The position numbers were made by a program, and so were the translations under genes. Of a stretch of DNA of 20,000 nt, positions 1-9,269 are shown in pieces; within the stretch, counting starts at the first letter, position 1; every line of letters starts with the position of its first letter. The notes under the pieces are model-generated. The model searched no databases. It worked only from the letters and a program-made list of their open reading frames with translations, and was not told the DNA's origin. The DNA comes from an uncultured virus (IMG/VR IMGVR_UViG_2788500220_000008) (lineage: Duplodnaviria; Heunggongvirae; Uroviricota; Caudoviricetes), in IMG/VR virus record IMGVR_UViG_2788500220_000008, positions 51,680 through 71,679 of that record; one strand, given 5' to 3'.

Positions 1-41
1 TACCAAGCGCAGACAAAAGCTCATCGAGATGATCTGTCCGC

Positions 42-605
42 CTAATAAGTCCCAGTCGGAATAAGTGCAGTCTCGTCTCCCGCCACCTGAAGCGGCATGG
101 CTTGATACATATTGTAAGACCTAACTAATTGATCTAGCAGCTCTTTGGCATCTAACGCTTGATTCCTCAGGGCCTTGGCTCCCTCTATGCCTCCCCCTCT
201 TTGACTGCCAGTAGAACTTCTCTTTATGACGGTGTCCCCCTCTTGAATAGAAACCCAATCCCCAGCAGCTATTGCAGAGCCTGCAGACGTTGACGAAGTG
301 GTTGCCGTTGAGGCGGCCATTTTTCTAGATTCTTTTGTGTAGTAATCGCGAAGGTATATCTGAACCAGTATTGCCTTTTCTTCAGCTTTTATAGGCGGGC
401 AAAAGTCAGCTTGAGAATCAACACCAAACGAAGTGTGTAGCAATACGTTCATCTGCCCGACGTTAGTAGACAGGTATCCAGATATTGTAGACTTTAAGGC
501 TGCCCTTTGCGCTACCGCTGCATCCCACGATGCAGCCTCGCCAGTAACATAGTCGAGTTCGACATTTATAATGTGCTCGGAAAGTTCGTCTATGTCGCTA
601 GGCAT
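42..605 (-). CDS. Putative head-completion/head-tail adaptor protein (187 aa)
   Basis: Intact ORF two genes downstream of the major capsid gene; function inferred from position and size only. Confidence 0.4.
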   Translation of the reverse strand: MPSDIDELSEHIINVELDYVTGEAASWDAAVAQRAALKSTISGYLSTNVGQMNVLLHTSFGVDSQADFCPPIKAEEKAILVQIYLRDYYTKESRKMAASTATTSSTSAGSAIAAGDWVSIQEGDTVIKRSSTGSQRGGGIEGAKALRNQALDAKELLDQLVRSYNMYQAMPLQVAGDETALIPTGTY

Positions 606-610
606 CGCAC

Positions 611-1018
611 TTAAGTCCTAGATGTCTTTCTAATAGATTTCGCTACATCTGAATCTGGATCGACTGCGGGCTTCAAGGGCGAGCTCAGAGTTCCAATCTT
701 AGCGGCATGAAAAGCCTTTTTCAGCTTATTCCTCAGAATAGGCCTAGTGCCGGATGGGAAAACTCCCGCCCTTACTGCCAATGCTTGCATGTCGGTAAGA
801 TTCATGCTCGCAATTTTTTCTTCAAACTCATCCTCATCTTCTGTCTTGAATGGGTTAAGCCTTGAAAGCCCCACCGCTTTTTCCAGTCTTTTAATCTCCG
901 CAACCTTCTCTTCTTTAGTCTGGTATGCGGTATGATCCTTTCCGTCCGCGAACTGCATAGGCTTTTTCTTAGTCGATTTGCGTTTTGCAGTAGTCTTCTT
1001 TGTGGGTTTGTTTGCCAT
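611..1018 (-). CDS. Basic hypothetical protein with SAP/HeH-like DNA-binding motif (135 aa)
   Basis: ATG at 1018 (MANKPTKK) preceded by AGGAGTAAGGAAA RBS; Lys-rich N-terminus; MNLTDMQALAVRAGVFPSGTRPILRNKL resembles a helix-extension-helix motif. Confidence 0.6.
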   Translation of the reverse strand: MANKPTKKTTAKRKSTKKKPMQFADGKDHTAYQTKEEKVAEIKRLEKAVGLSRLNPFKTEDEDEFEEKIASMNLTDMQALAVRAGVFPSGTRPILRNKLKKAFHAAKIGTLSSPLKPAVDPDSDVAKSIRKTSRT

Positions 1019-1048
1019 AATTTCCTTACTCCTTTTTCTATTATACCC

Positions 1049-1057
1049 TATATACAC
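1049..1057 (-). promoter_or_regulatory. Candidate phage late promoter GTGTATATA
   Basis: Same motif recurs just upstream of five other genes; lies immediately after the capsid terminator. Confidence 0.55.
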
Positions 1058-1088
1058 AAAAAATCCACTCGTAATGAGCGGATTTTTT
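1058..1088 (-). terminator. Rho-independent terminator after the major capsid gene
   Basis: Minus strand reads AAAAAATCCGCTC-ATTAC-GAGTGGATTTTTT: stem with one G-U pair and a U-tract, 25 nt after the MCP stop. Confidence 0.85.
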
Positions 1089-1113
1089 GCGAAAGAATGA
1101 TATTTGAGAGAGC

Positions 1114-2274
1114 CTATGAGGCTGCGTCAACCACCATACCGTACAGAACTCGGTTGTCGAGAATCATGCGGCCCTCTTCAAGCGACCCGTAGTAGCCGAC
1201 CTTTTGCTGACGACTCACGAATTGGTCATCGGGAACCAAGGAAAGCTCGGACCCATTATCAGCGTCGGTTGCGACGGCACGGACCATCATGTCTGCACGA
1301 CTGCGGTCAATACCGAGAATGAAATCATCGGCAGCATTATAACTATAGCCAACAAGAGGCTTGCCTGTGGCCTTTACGCCTGTTGCGCCATTNGGAAGCA
1401 GATCNNTCCAAACCTTGGTGTACTTAGCANCCGGACCCAACTCAAGAGTTTCTTGAATGTTAATGCCGTAGAACTCAGGAATTCCGCCGTTGCTGTAGAT
1501 AGCATCACGCATCGAGTCTGTGGCAGGAATACCGCCAGCAGAGTTGTCCACCGTAACGGCAGTACCGTCAGCATCGCGAGTGGCAATCGGATTGTAAGCC
1601 ATTTCACGGAGGTTCTCAACAACTTCTGGGGAAACGAGTAGATCTGTGATTCCACCTGCTCCACCTACTGGTGTGCCGCCCGTCCAAGAAGTATGAATAC
1701 GCTTGGAGAGAGTGAGCATCTTATTGAAGTCATGAAGAATGACGCGACCGGGCTGTGTGTTCTTAAGCGTATGGAAAACGCCATTGGTTTCGGCGTTGAC
1801 TTGAGCGGTCAAGATCATGTTGGCGGAAGTGGTCTCCATCTTAAGGAGCAATTCCTGAGCCATGCGGGTGAATGTTTTACTGAGGACATCCATGCGAGAG
1901 CGAGCAACGTACTTCTTGTCGAAGCTCAAGGCACTGTCCAGACGATATGTCGTGAACTTAAGCTCTTGAGTTGTGGGAGCCACTTGGTTGCTTGGAAGAC
2001 CGCCGGGAGCGTTCTGACTCCAAATCTCAATATAATCTTCGTCAGTAATGTCGAAGTAGAGGTCCAGAGGAATGCTTGGATTGTCGTCGGCCGTAAAAGA
2101 CAGCGTCTTGAACATGTTGCTCAGCGTCGGAGCTTGCTGGATAACTTCAGCGAGCACCGGAGCGATGAATTCGGCTAAAGCCGCTTGAGCTTCGTAAGCA
2201 ACGTCCCTGTCCTTGGAGGCCATTGCCTTTACTAGTTCGAGCTGTTCTTCGGTTCGTTTTAGTGTGATATTCAT
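1114..2274 (-). CDS. Major capsid protein (probably HK97 fold, ~386 aa)
   Basis: Order portal-protease-decoration-MCP, followed by a strong terminator; size and P-domain-like segments (DLLVSPEV, EFYGINI, GRMILDNRVL); likely start at ATG 2274 (MNITLKR). Confidence 0.8.
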   Translation of the reverse strand: MNITLKRTEEQLELVKAMASKDRDVAYEAQAALAEFIAPVLAEVIQQAPTLSNMFKTLSFTADDNPSIPLDLYFDITDEDYIEIWSQNAPGGLPSNQVAPTTQELKFTTYRLDSALSFDKKYVARSRMDVLSKTFTRMAQELLLKMETTSANMILTAQVNAETNGVFHTLKNTQPGRVILHDFNKMLTLSKRIHTSWTGGTPVGGAGGITDLLVSPEVVENLREMAYNPIATRDADGTAVTVDNSAGGIPATDSMRDAIYSNGGIPEFYGINIQETLELGPXAKYTKVWXDLLXNGATGVKATGKPLVGYSYNAADDFILGIDRSRADMMVRAVATDADNGSELSLVPDDQFVSRQQKVGYYGSLEEGRMILDNRVLYGMVVDAAS

Positions 2275-2310
2275 TGTTTGGTGATCCCTATAAGTTAAAA
2301 GATTCTGCAA

Positions 2311-2985
2311 TTATAGTTCTAGCTTCAAAAGGAAGACTGTACCGGCGTGCACATCTACATTAGATGGTCCTTGTGCGGCGCGAGAGCCAACTGCAAGAAC
2401 TGTTCCGACGGCGGCACCGCCCTCGGAGGAGCTATTAAAGAGGAGCTTGCCTTCGGGGTCTCCTGCAAGGTAGGCAATTTGGCCAGCTGCAGGAACTAAA
2501 TTGGCGGCGGTGGCGGCGGTAGATCCGTCTTTTTTCTTGGTTCCAATCGCTCTTGAGTCAAGCATGAAGATTCCCTTCGTTGCGATGGGAACGGCTTGCC
2601 CGGGAGAAAGCGCGTGATACTCATCCTTTTTGACGGGATAGCGGAGAAGATTCTCTCCGTTCTCGTCGAACTTGGCAGTTTGACGAAGAGTCATGCCGAG
2701 AACCGCGTCTGACTTTTCAGCAGCCTCAACCTTGAGGGGAACCTCAGGGTATTTGTTGTATCCCAGATGAGGAATCGTGTGATTACCCATCATGTAGTTG
2801 CTGATGCCATCTTCGTATCCTACAGGGCTCGCGTCGAGGTCTCCTGCGGTCACAGTCACAAATGCTCCTGCATCCCCTTCTCCGGAGTCGTTGAGCTTGT
2901 CGTTAACGTCGGCGTTAGCGAGCGCGAATAGGTTGATGACGTCGTGTTCGTCGTAATCTCTGAATGGTAGAAGTCGAATAGCCAT
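2311..2985 (-). CDS. Putative capsid decoration/cement protein (224 aa)
   Basis: Gly/Ala-rich, beta-type sequence located between the scaffold and MCP genes. Confidence 0.55.
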   Translation of the reverse strand: MAIRLLPFRDYDEHDVINLFALANADVNDKLNDSGEGDAGAFVTVTAGDLDASPVGYEDGISNYMMGNHTIPHLGYNKYPEVPLKVEAAEKSDAVLGMTLRQTAKFDENGENLLRYPVKKDEYHALSPGQAVPIATKGIFMLDSRAIGTKKKDGSTAATAANLVPAAGQIAYLAGDPEGKLLFNSSSEGGAAVGTVLAVGSRAAQGPSNVDVHAGTVFLLKLEL

Positions 2986-2989
2986 TGTA

Positions 2990-4606
2990 TTAGTAGTTTA
3001 CTGTTACGTGTTCTTTAGTGAACGCTTGTTTAAATTTTTGTTTGAGTGTTAGGTCTTCTTCTGAAGATTCTGCATTGTTGTTTGCGACAGCTTCGCCAGT
3101 TTCTTCTGCATTTTCCAATGCGGTGTCCACGACTTGCTCTTCGCTTTCCTCGGAAGTCTCTTCCTGAGATGCGTTGGAAATCTCAGCAAGTCGCTTTTCG
3201 ACCTCCTGATCAATCTTTTCCTTAAGTGATTCCTCCTGCTTGGCTATTTGCTCTTTACTCTTGTGAGCCCATACTACGGCAAGTTTGGCCTGATACTCGG
3301 TAAAGGCCTCTTCGGATTCATCGAGCGACTTAACTTCGGAAGCAAGAATCTGCCGGTCTTCGTCGTCGAGTTGATAAATTTCGTCTACAGCGGCCATCCG
3401 GACTTGAAACCTTTCGGCGGCTTCACGAACCTTGTTGTCTTCTTCAAGACTAGTAAGTGATTCCTTTGTGTCCTTCAATTCGGATTCGAGATTTGAAACC
3501 TTAGCCTCGAATTCAGCTTGCGCTTTAAGAAGTTCTTCCTTTTCGTTTTTGGCTTGCTCGATTTCTTCGACATATTCTTCGTTCTTTACTTTAATGGCAT
3601 CACGAAAGATTTGTCCAAGATTCGCAACAGCTTCATCCGAAAAGCTTTTCTCAGACTTAACGTCTTTGAGTGCTTTTGTGAATTCTTCGATGAGTTGTGA
3701 ATTTTCCATAACTTTTCTGGTGTTTGTTGTTTTTACATGTTCCTGCGAACATTGGGAAATTATTTCTTTATTATTTTTAATTTTTTTTAAAAATTCTAAA
3801 TTATTTATATTAAAACTTTTACAGTCTGCGTAATCCTCCTCTTCTTCCTGACTCTCATGTGCGCCTATTTTTTCTACGTGTACGCCTTGAACATCTGCGG
3901 CCGGATTGGTTGTAAAGCCGATTCCCAAAGGATATACTTCCCCAGACAGTAATCTATAGACAGGTACGCCATCATCAGNTTCTCCAGCCCCTTCATTAGC
4001 TCTTAAATATTTTGAGTATTCCTCAATTTTTTTCTCATCTGTAATGATTTCTGCATTAGATAAGTCCTTGTCTCCCAGTGCAATAATATAATCATTGAAC
4101 CCAACCTCCCAGCTTGCGGAGATGTATTCGTTGTAGTTTTCCGGGTTGTCCGCCATCATTGCGAGCATCTGGGCGAAGGGTCCTCCAGCCATCTTATATA
4201 ATACTGCGGCCAAGGAAATATTGAATGGGGTGATGGTTCCTGCGACTTCAGCCTTCGACAAGAGCCTATTATCGCCAAAGGTAGAAAATGAACTTGATAC
4301 AATATGCCCTACTATATTGTCCCTTTCATGCTCTACATTCGTAGGCTTATGAATAAAGTAATCCCCCACCGCAAGAGCAGTCTCTGTATCTATGCCGTCT
4401 CCATTTTTATTAAACCTATTTACCACGGCAGCGTTAAAGGCTACCGCAACTAAGTCTAAATTCTGCTCAAGATCAATGTCTTCAGGTATTAAGGGTCTCA
4501 ATGACTGCAGAGACGCCTCGGTGATATTCATAGACGGGTCATCGATAGATGACGACGCAGTTATTTCCCCGGTGAATTTGGTCTTATACTTGAAAGGTCT
4601 TTTCAT
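2990..4606 (-). CDS. Prohead protease fused to an acidic coiled-coil scaffold (538 aa)
   Basis: N-terminal NKNGD, KPTNVEH..IVGHI, SASWE and GIGFTTNPA motifs typical of phage maturation proteases; C-terminal Glu/Lys-rich coiled coil; follows the portal gene. Confidence 0.75.
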   Translation of the reverse strand: MKRPFKYKTKFTGEITASSSIDDPSMNITEASLQSLRPLIPEDIDLEQNLDLVAVAFNAAVVNRFNKNGDGIDTETALAVGDYFIHKPTNVEHERDNIVGHIVSSSFSTFGDNRLLSKAEVAGTITPFNISLAAVLYKMAGGPFAQMLAMMADNPENYNEYISASWEVGFNDYIIALGDKDLSNAEIITDEKKIEEYSKYLRANEGAGEXDDGVPVYRLLSGEVYPLGIGFTTNPAADVQGVHVEKIGAHESQEEEEDYADCKSFNINNLEFLKKIKNNKEIISQCSQEHVKTTNTRKVMENSQLIEEFTKALKDVKSEKSFSDEAVANLGQIFRDAIKVKNEEYVEEIEQAKNEKEELLKAQAEFEAKVSNLESELKDTKESLTSLEEDNKVREAAERFQVRMAAVDEIYQLDDEDRQILASEVKSLDESEEAFTEYQAKLAVVWAHKSKEQIAKQEESLKEKIDQEVEKRLAEISNASQEETSEESEEQVVDTALENAEETGEAVANNNAESSEEDLTLKQKFKQAFTKEHVTVNY

Positions 4607-4615
4607 GTATTTTAA

Positions 4616-4625
4616 TATTATACAC
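4616..4625 (-). promoter_or_regulatory. Candidate late promoter GTGTATAATA
   Basis: 9 nt upstream of the protease ATG; identical copy upstream of the portal gene. Confidence 0.65.
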
Positions 4626-4649
4626 GGAAAGATCTGAAATTACACAAGT

Positions 4650-6698
4650 TTATTCTGAAGAGTGGTATAGTATCGCGGACGGATATTGCTCCAACTCGTG
4701 GCTGGCGGATATATCAAGAACGTCTTTTATAGACGAAAGTTTCTCTAGTTCTTCTATATTTTTAATGCATGTATCTACAGACGACTCCCAGTCTTTCTTT
4801 TCTTTTGAGCAGACAACTGCTTCGATGAATGTGTCAACCATTTGGTTTTGAGCCTTATTCAATCGTTTTACTGAAAACTGTTTCTTTATACCTTTAGTTG
4901 CGTGCGCGCGTAAAGATTCTATTTTGTATACCGTTTCTTGAATATTCTTTCTGCTATAAGAGGCCTTGCCTGCCTGAGGCCCGGTAGTGCCTGAAGGCCT
5001 TCCGTTCTGATTGGGGGTTTTCTTTTGGGCTGGGGGTTTTTTTGTAGGAGCAGCGGGAGCAGGCTTGGAATCGATAGCTTTCTCTTTAATATCCCTTTCC
5101 TCTTGTGCTCCCGGGGCTTCCACGGCAGGGACTCCGCCAACAAGAGGATTCCAATACCCCTTTTCTCTCTGCTCTGCGTAAAGCTCTTGGGCGGGCGCAA
5201 GGTCCGCTGGGCTTGGGTAAATCCCTGTCTTGATGACATCTACGCCTTGCTCCGGAGTTAGTATTCCGATCTCAATTAGGCGAGTGGCGACTCTTTGCAG
5301 CTGAACCTCATCCTTGATATCGAGCTCCTCAAAGCGGGCTGCAGGAAACTTCCTGAATCCCAAATTTCTGCAAATGAGTTTTATTTGAGGCTGAATAAAG
5401 TCATGAATAAATGCATGCCTCGCTTCTTTTAGCCTTTCTAGGAATATCTGAGCTTTAACTTGGGTGTTGGCGAACTTCTCATTTCCGACAACTACATTTT
5501 GCAAGCCTTCTCGAATATCGTTATTGACTATCTCGTATTTGTCTGGCCCAATAATCTTAGAAATATCGGGAATAATAAATTCAGCGTCAGTAGTGTAGTC
5601 GCTGACCAGAACTCTTCCCACGCTCTCATTTTGGAAAAGCGCTTGCATCGCCTGAAGATTGTTCGCATTAATCCCACCCTTATCGGGTTCAGCGCCCATA
5701 GTAATAAGGAGAATTACATTTTCTATAGTTCTACTTACCGCTTGATCTATCTTCTTTAACTCAAGCTTCCAGTTGATATCGTCCAGAACTGGATAGCCGA
5801 ATGGAACCGCAAAAGGCTCATAGTCTTGTTTTTTATAGAAGCTATATGAGAGCTTTTCCGGCTCTAAGTCTATATAGATTCCCACGTCAAGGAATGTTCC
5901 CTTCTTAATCTCTCCTCTTTTCTTTTTCGGAAGCGCATCAAATATAGCCTTATCCTCCTCGGTAGATGGATTCCTCAGCTTCTCTAAGTCGTATTTTGAT
6001 AGCAGTTTTTTATAATTTGCCGAAGAGAAGGACGTTTTGGTGTCCATGGCGACATCATAAGGATTCAGTAATACATACTTTATTGGAATATGATTAGCTT
6101 TTAATTTCCCCGCCTCTCCGTATACTTTTGTAAGTTTTGCAAAGTCCTTGGTGCTGAATTTTCCGTCTATTCTATATAGAAAGATATTCCCCGTTTTATA
6201 GTATTCCCTAAAATATTGATCTTTCAACCCCCACAGGTTAATCTTTTCAAACCACTTGTATACAAAGTTTCTTGCCTTTTCGGAACCTCCTTCCAGCTTA
6301 AGCTCGGAATTAGTAAGTTCAGACATAATATCGATAGCATTCTTAAAAATAGCAATGTTTGCATAGGCTTTTTGGCATAAATCTATAGTGTCTCGAATGT
6401 TAATGCCGTCAGATCCGTACTCGTAGGGAAGCATGCCTCCACGAATATTTGCATATCTCTTATCCTTATCTTGAAACGATATAGCATTCCTGCGCCCTAA
6501 TGTCCGTGTCCCTTCTCCGGTCTTTCGAGTATAAGCGGTCGAGCCTGCCTCCGTATAGTAAGGTTGACCCGCTGATTGAGGCTCCGTCAATCCGCCATCA
6601 GGCTTAAAAAAATCCTCGATAGGCTTTGCACCATGACCCTTGTCTTGGTCGAATTTGCTCCAGTAGTCAGACTTCTTTGTATATTTTCTCTTTGCCAT
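4650..6698 (-). CDS. Portal protein (682 aa)
   Basis: Directly downstream of the large terminase; portal-like segments (AIFKNAIDIMSELT, YFREYYKTGNIFLY, GILTPEQG); Pro-rich C-terminal linker. Confidence 0.75.
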   Translation of the reverse strand: MAKRKYTKKSDYWSKFDQDKGHGAKPIEDFFKPDGGLTEPQSAGQPYYTEAGSTAYTRKTGEGTRTLGRRNAISFQDKDKRYANIRGGMLPYEYGSDGINIRDTIDLCQKAYANIAIFKNAIDIMSELTNSELKLEGGSEKARNFVYKWFEKINLWGLKDQYFREYYKTGNIFLYRIDGKFSTKDFAKLTKVYGEAGKLKANHIPIKYVLLNPYDVAMDTKTSFSSANYKKLLSKYDLEKLRNPSTEEDKAIFDALPKKKRGEIKKGTFLDVGIYIDLEPEKLSYSFYKKQDYEPFAVPFGYPVLDDINWKLELKKIDQAVSRTIENVILLITMGAEPDKGGINANNLQAMQALFQNESVGRVLVSDYTTDAEFIIPDISKIIGPDKYEIVNNDIREGLQNVVVGNEKFANTQVKAQIFLERLKEARHAFIHDFIQPQIKLICRNLGFRKFPAARFEELDIKDEVQLQRVATRLIEIGILTPEQGVDVIKTGIYPSPADLAPAQELYAEQREKGYWNPLVGGVPAVEAPGAQEERDIKEKAIDSKPAPAAPTKKPPAQKKTPNQNGRPSGTTGPQAGKASYSRKNIQETVYKIESLRAHATKGIKKQFSVKRLNKAQNQMVDTFIEAVVCSKEKKDWESSVDTCIKNIEELEKLSSIKDVLDISASHELEQYPSAILYHSSE

Positions 6699-6705
6699 CG
6701 TGAGA

Positions 6706-6715
6706 TATTATACAC
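6706..6715 (-). promoter_or_regulatory. Candidate late promoter GTGTATAATA
   Basis: 7 nt upstream of the portal ATG (6698). Confidence 0.65.
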
Positions 6716-6716
6716 G

Positions 6717-6757
6717 AAAGTCAAAGCAAAGTCAAAGTAAAGTTTAAAGTTGACTTT
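6717..6757. repeat. Short tandem AAAG(T/C) tract between terL and portal
   Basis: AAAGTC AAAGC AAAGTC AAAGT AAAGTTT AAAGTT GACTTT. Confidence 0.7.
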
Positions 6758-8634
6758 TAATTTACGAACATAGGGGTGAAGGTCACTTGCACTTCTTCCG
6801 TCTCAACGTGGAGCATGTCGTAGTAAACTTTTGTCATCCAATTCCCTAGTACAAGGGCGGAGTATAAGTCCTTTCTCGCTTTATCCGGGCCGGTCTGGCG
6901 CCTGAGCTCTAGGGGCATGTCAAATGTCTGCGTGCCCTGAGGAGAGGTGGAAATCTGGATTAATGCGCATTCCGCTTTTGTCAGGTTAATCATGTCTGCT
7001 TGATGCTCTATGAAATCAATCATCTTTGCTGAGGCGGATTGTTTGTCTACATCGGCGTGCATCGAAAACTTCAACTTATCAATGGGAATCTTTTTCTTTC
7101 TTTGAGAGTGGTAGGACTCATCTACAGCTCTTCCTGCAAAAAGAATTCTCTTGTGGTCAAAGTTAGCTTGCAGGAGTTCATTTGCCCTTCTGATCCATCC
7201 NCTGGAAGGTTTTTGCAAGTAACAAATCCGCTTGTCTTGTAAATTGTATTGCCTTTTTGCTTCTTTTAGTACGGCTGGATAATCTAAGACATTCGTAAAG
7301 TCCACATCCTTAATCTGCCGAATTTTAAGGTTGTCTTTCTTGAAAATAGAACTTTCATTCGCAGCGCTAAGGAACTGGACGCCTCCATTATAGTCTCCAA
7401 CGATAGAAACTATATTAAAATTATTCAATAGATAATGAAAGTATTTAATATGCTCCCGCAGTGTTGTGCCGGGGAGCGCATATCCATGAACAAATGTAGC
7501 CATTCTCTTTTCGTCGTCCAGCTTGAATACCTGCATAGCGAAATCGTCCGAGCTCTCTGATTCTGCCCAGCTAGGATCAAAGGATAAAAGATATTTAGCA
7601 GAGGGGTCTCCCTTTACTTCTACATGAGCGCCTTCTCCGTCCATTAATGTACACGCTGCCATCGTAGAGGTTTTGAAGTATCCTGAGCTGTCGTCAGTAA
7701 AAATCGCTCCGAACTCTCTGTCGAATTGACTTTGACTCATGCTTGACTTTGCTTGTTTTATCAAATTTTGGTCATAGAGCAGCTTAGGGGCACAATCATA
7801 ACTAAATTTCATAATTGCTCTTTTAGCTTCCGTAGGATCTTCAGTCGAGCTATTAATCAATCTATCAAACTGCTCATATAACTTATACATATACTCAAAT
7901 TTATAGCACGCAGAAGATAGCATAATAAGCTTATTGTTGGGCCAAACATGCTTTTCAGAGGGGTCCATCTTCCCCATCTTTATCAACTCCTCTTCCGCCC
8001 TATCTAGATCCTCTCTTTCCGTGGGGTTTTCAACAACAGACAAAAACGGAACGATTACCTCGTTATAAATCCTTTNGGGCATCAAGGCGAACTCATCAAT
8101 GATAATTCTATGAAACCTAAAACCCCGGAGTTTGTCTCCATCCCCAAGGGGCAAAGCACGGATTCTAGACGTCCCGATTTCCATTAGCCATTCGTCATTA
8201 CTTTTGGTCTTTTTAGTAATGCATTGGGCGAGATAGCCAGCTTCGGGCTTTGCTGCGATGTCTTCGATCTTTTTAAAAATCATCTTAGCCTGCCTGAAGG
8301 ACTTTGAAAGTATTCCAATCTCTACCCCCTGATTTAATATAGCGTCAAGAAAGGCAAAAATGCCAGTGGTGAACGATTTTGACATTCCCCGAGACCAGAC
8401 CCCCATAAAGTAATCAGTCTCGAACATGCTCTTGATGGCGAGATGCTGGAAAGGAAAAAGCTTAACCCCAGACACCAGATCAGAAGTAAATGTTATATTG
8501 CTTCTTAAAAACTTATACAACTCAATCTTAGCCTCATTCTCATCCAGATAGCCTTCTAGCTGCATCAACTCCTTATTTAATTGCTCGGATCCCTTTGTGC
8601 AGGAAACCGATTTACCACCAGCTTCCCAAGTCAT
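6757..8634 (-). CDS. terL: Terminase large subunit (625 aa)
   Basis: Adenine-binding LFPFQ, Walker A SRGMSKS, LRG motif, Walker B IIIDE, FDREF linker, RNase H-like nuclease residues (SFDPS, SDDFA, KDLYSA). Confidence 0.92.
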   Translation of the reverse strand: MTWEAGGKSVSCTKGSEQLNKELMQLEGYLDENEAKIELYKFLRSNITFTSDLVSGVKLFPFQHLAIKSMFETDYFMGVWSRGMSKSFTTGIFAFLDAILNQGVEIGILSKSFRQAKMIFKKIEDIAAKPEAGYLAQCITKKTKSNDEWLMEIGTSRIRALPLGDGDKLRGFRFHRIIIDEFALMPXRIYNEVIVPFLSVVENPTEREDLDRAEEELIKMGKMDPSEKHVWPNNKLIMLSSACYKFEYMYKLYEQFDRLINSSTEDPTEAKRAIMKFSYDCAPKLLYDQNLIKQAKSSMSQSQFDREFGAIFTDDSSGYFKTSTMAACTLMDGEGAHVEVKGDPSAKYLLSFDPSWAESESSDDFAMQVFKLDDEKRMATFVHGYALPGTTLREHIKYFHYLLNNFNIVSIVGDYNGGVQFLSAANESSIFKKDNLKIRQIKDVDFTNVLDYPAVLKEAKRQYNLQDKRICYLQKPSXGWIRRANELLQANFDHKRILFAGRAVDESYHSQRKKKIPIDKLKFSMHADVDKQSASAKMIDFIEHQADMINLTKAECALIQISTSPQGTQTFDMPLELRRQTGPDKARKDLYSALVLGNWMTKVYYDMLHVETEEVQVTFTPMFVN

Positions 8635-9269
8635 TCTGTAGCCTCCAATTTTGTGAAGAATCCTACTCCTCCAACTCCCTCGCAGATCGTCTCTAGTTTA
8701 TCCCTCAAGAAATCTTCGCAAGCTTTTTTTGCACCCGGAAGCTTTTCCCAGCCAAAGTCATGCACGCACACAACCGCCCCCTTACTTAATTTATGATAAA
8801 TTTTATGAAAAGAATCAGTTATTGATTGGTAGAAATCGCCATCGAAGAAAGCAAAGGAAATATTGTCTGGATATTTCCCGTTATCTATCTCAGAAAACCA
8901 GCCGCTGTTGATGGTGGGCACTTCTAATTGAAAGCGCTCAAATACCCTTAGAAATTGATCTTTAGAGCATCTGCACGACCCCTCGGTATACTGCTCGATG
9001 CTAAAATCGTCTTCTTCCCTTTTTTTTGGGAGCCCCTCAAAGGAGTCATAAACGTGAAATTTTTTTTCCTTCTTATGTACATCCAGCATTTTCCTAATAA
9101 AAACAGATGTCGTACCAATATTGCACCCTAACTCAACGACGTCTCCTGCTATGTCGTCCACCAGTGTCTTTTCGAGAGAATCCAATATGAACTCAATATG
9201 GCGGGGCGTTACCATAGGAGAGATTATAGGAGTCGTCTGCAATAACCAATCTGAAGTTTTTACTTCCAT
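8631..9269 (-). CDS. TylF/MycF/NovP-family SAM-dependent O-methyltransferase (212 aa)
   Basis: GDVVELG..G, YDSFEGLP, GWFSE, FFDGDFYQS and GAVVCVHDF motifs. Confidence 0.85.
   Translation of the reverse strand: MEVKTSDWLLQTTPIISPMVTPRHIEFILDSLEKTLVDDIAGDVVELGCNIGTTSVFIRKMLDVHKKEKKFHVYDSFEGLPKKREEDDFSIEQYTEGSCRCSKDQFLRVFERFQLEVPTINSGWFSEIDNGKYPDNISFAFFDGDFYQSITDSFHKIYHKLSKGAVVCVHDFGWEKLPGAKKACEDFLRDKLETICEGVGGVGFFTKLEATE

Noticed and set aside
2275..2310. Longer N-terminal extensions from the ORF track (capsid 2310, phoH 16402, GAF 12981, EF-hand 13472, holin-like 13726)
   Set aside because: They use non-ATG or overlapping starts; downstream ATGs fit gene packing and promoter positions better
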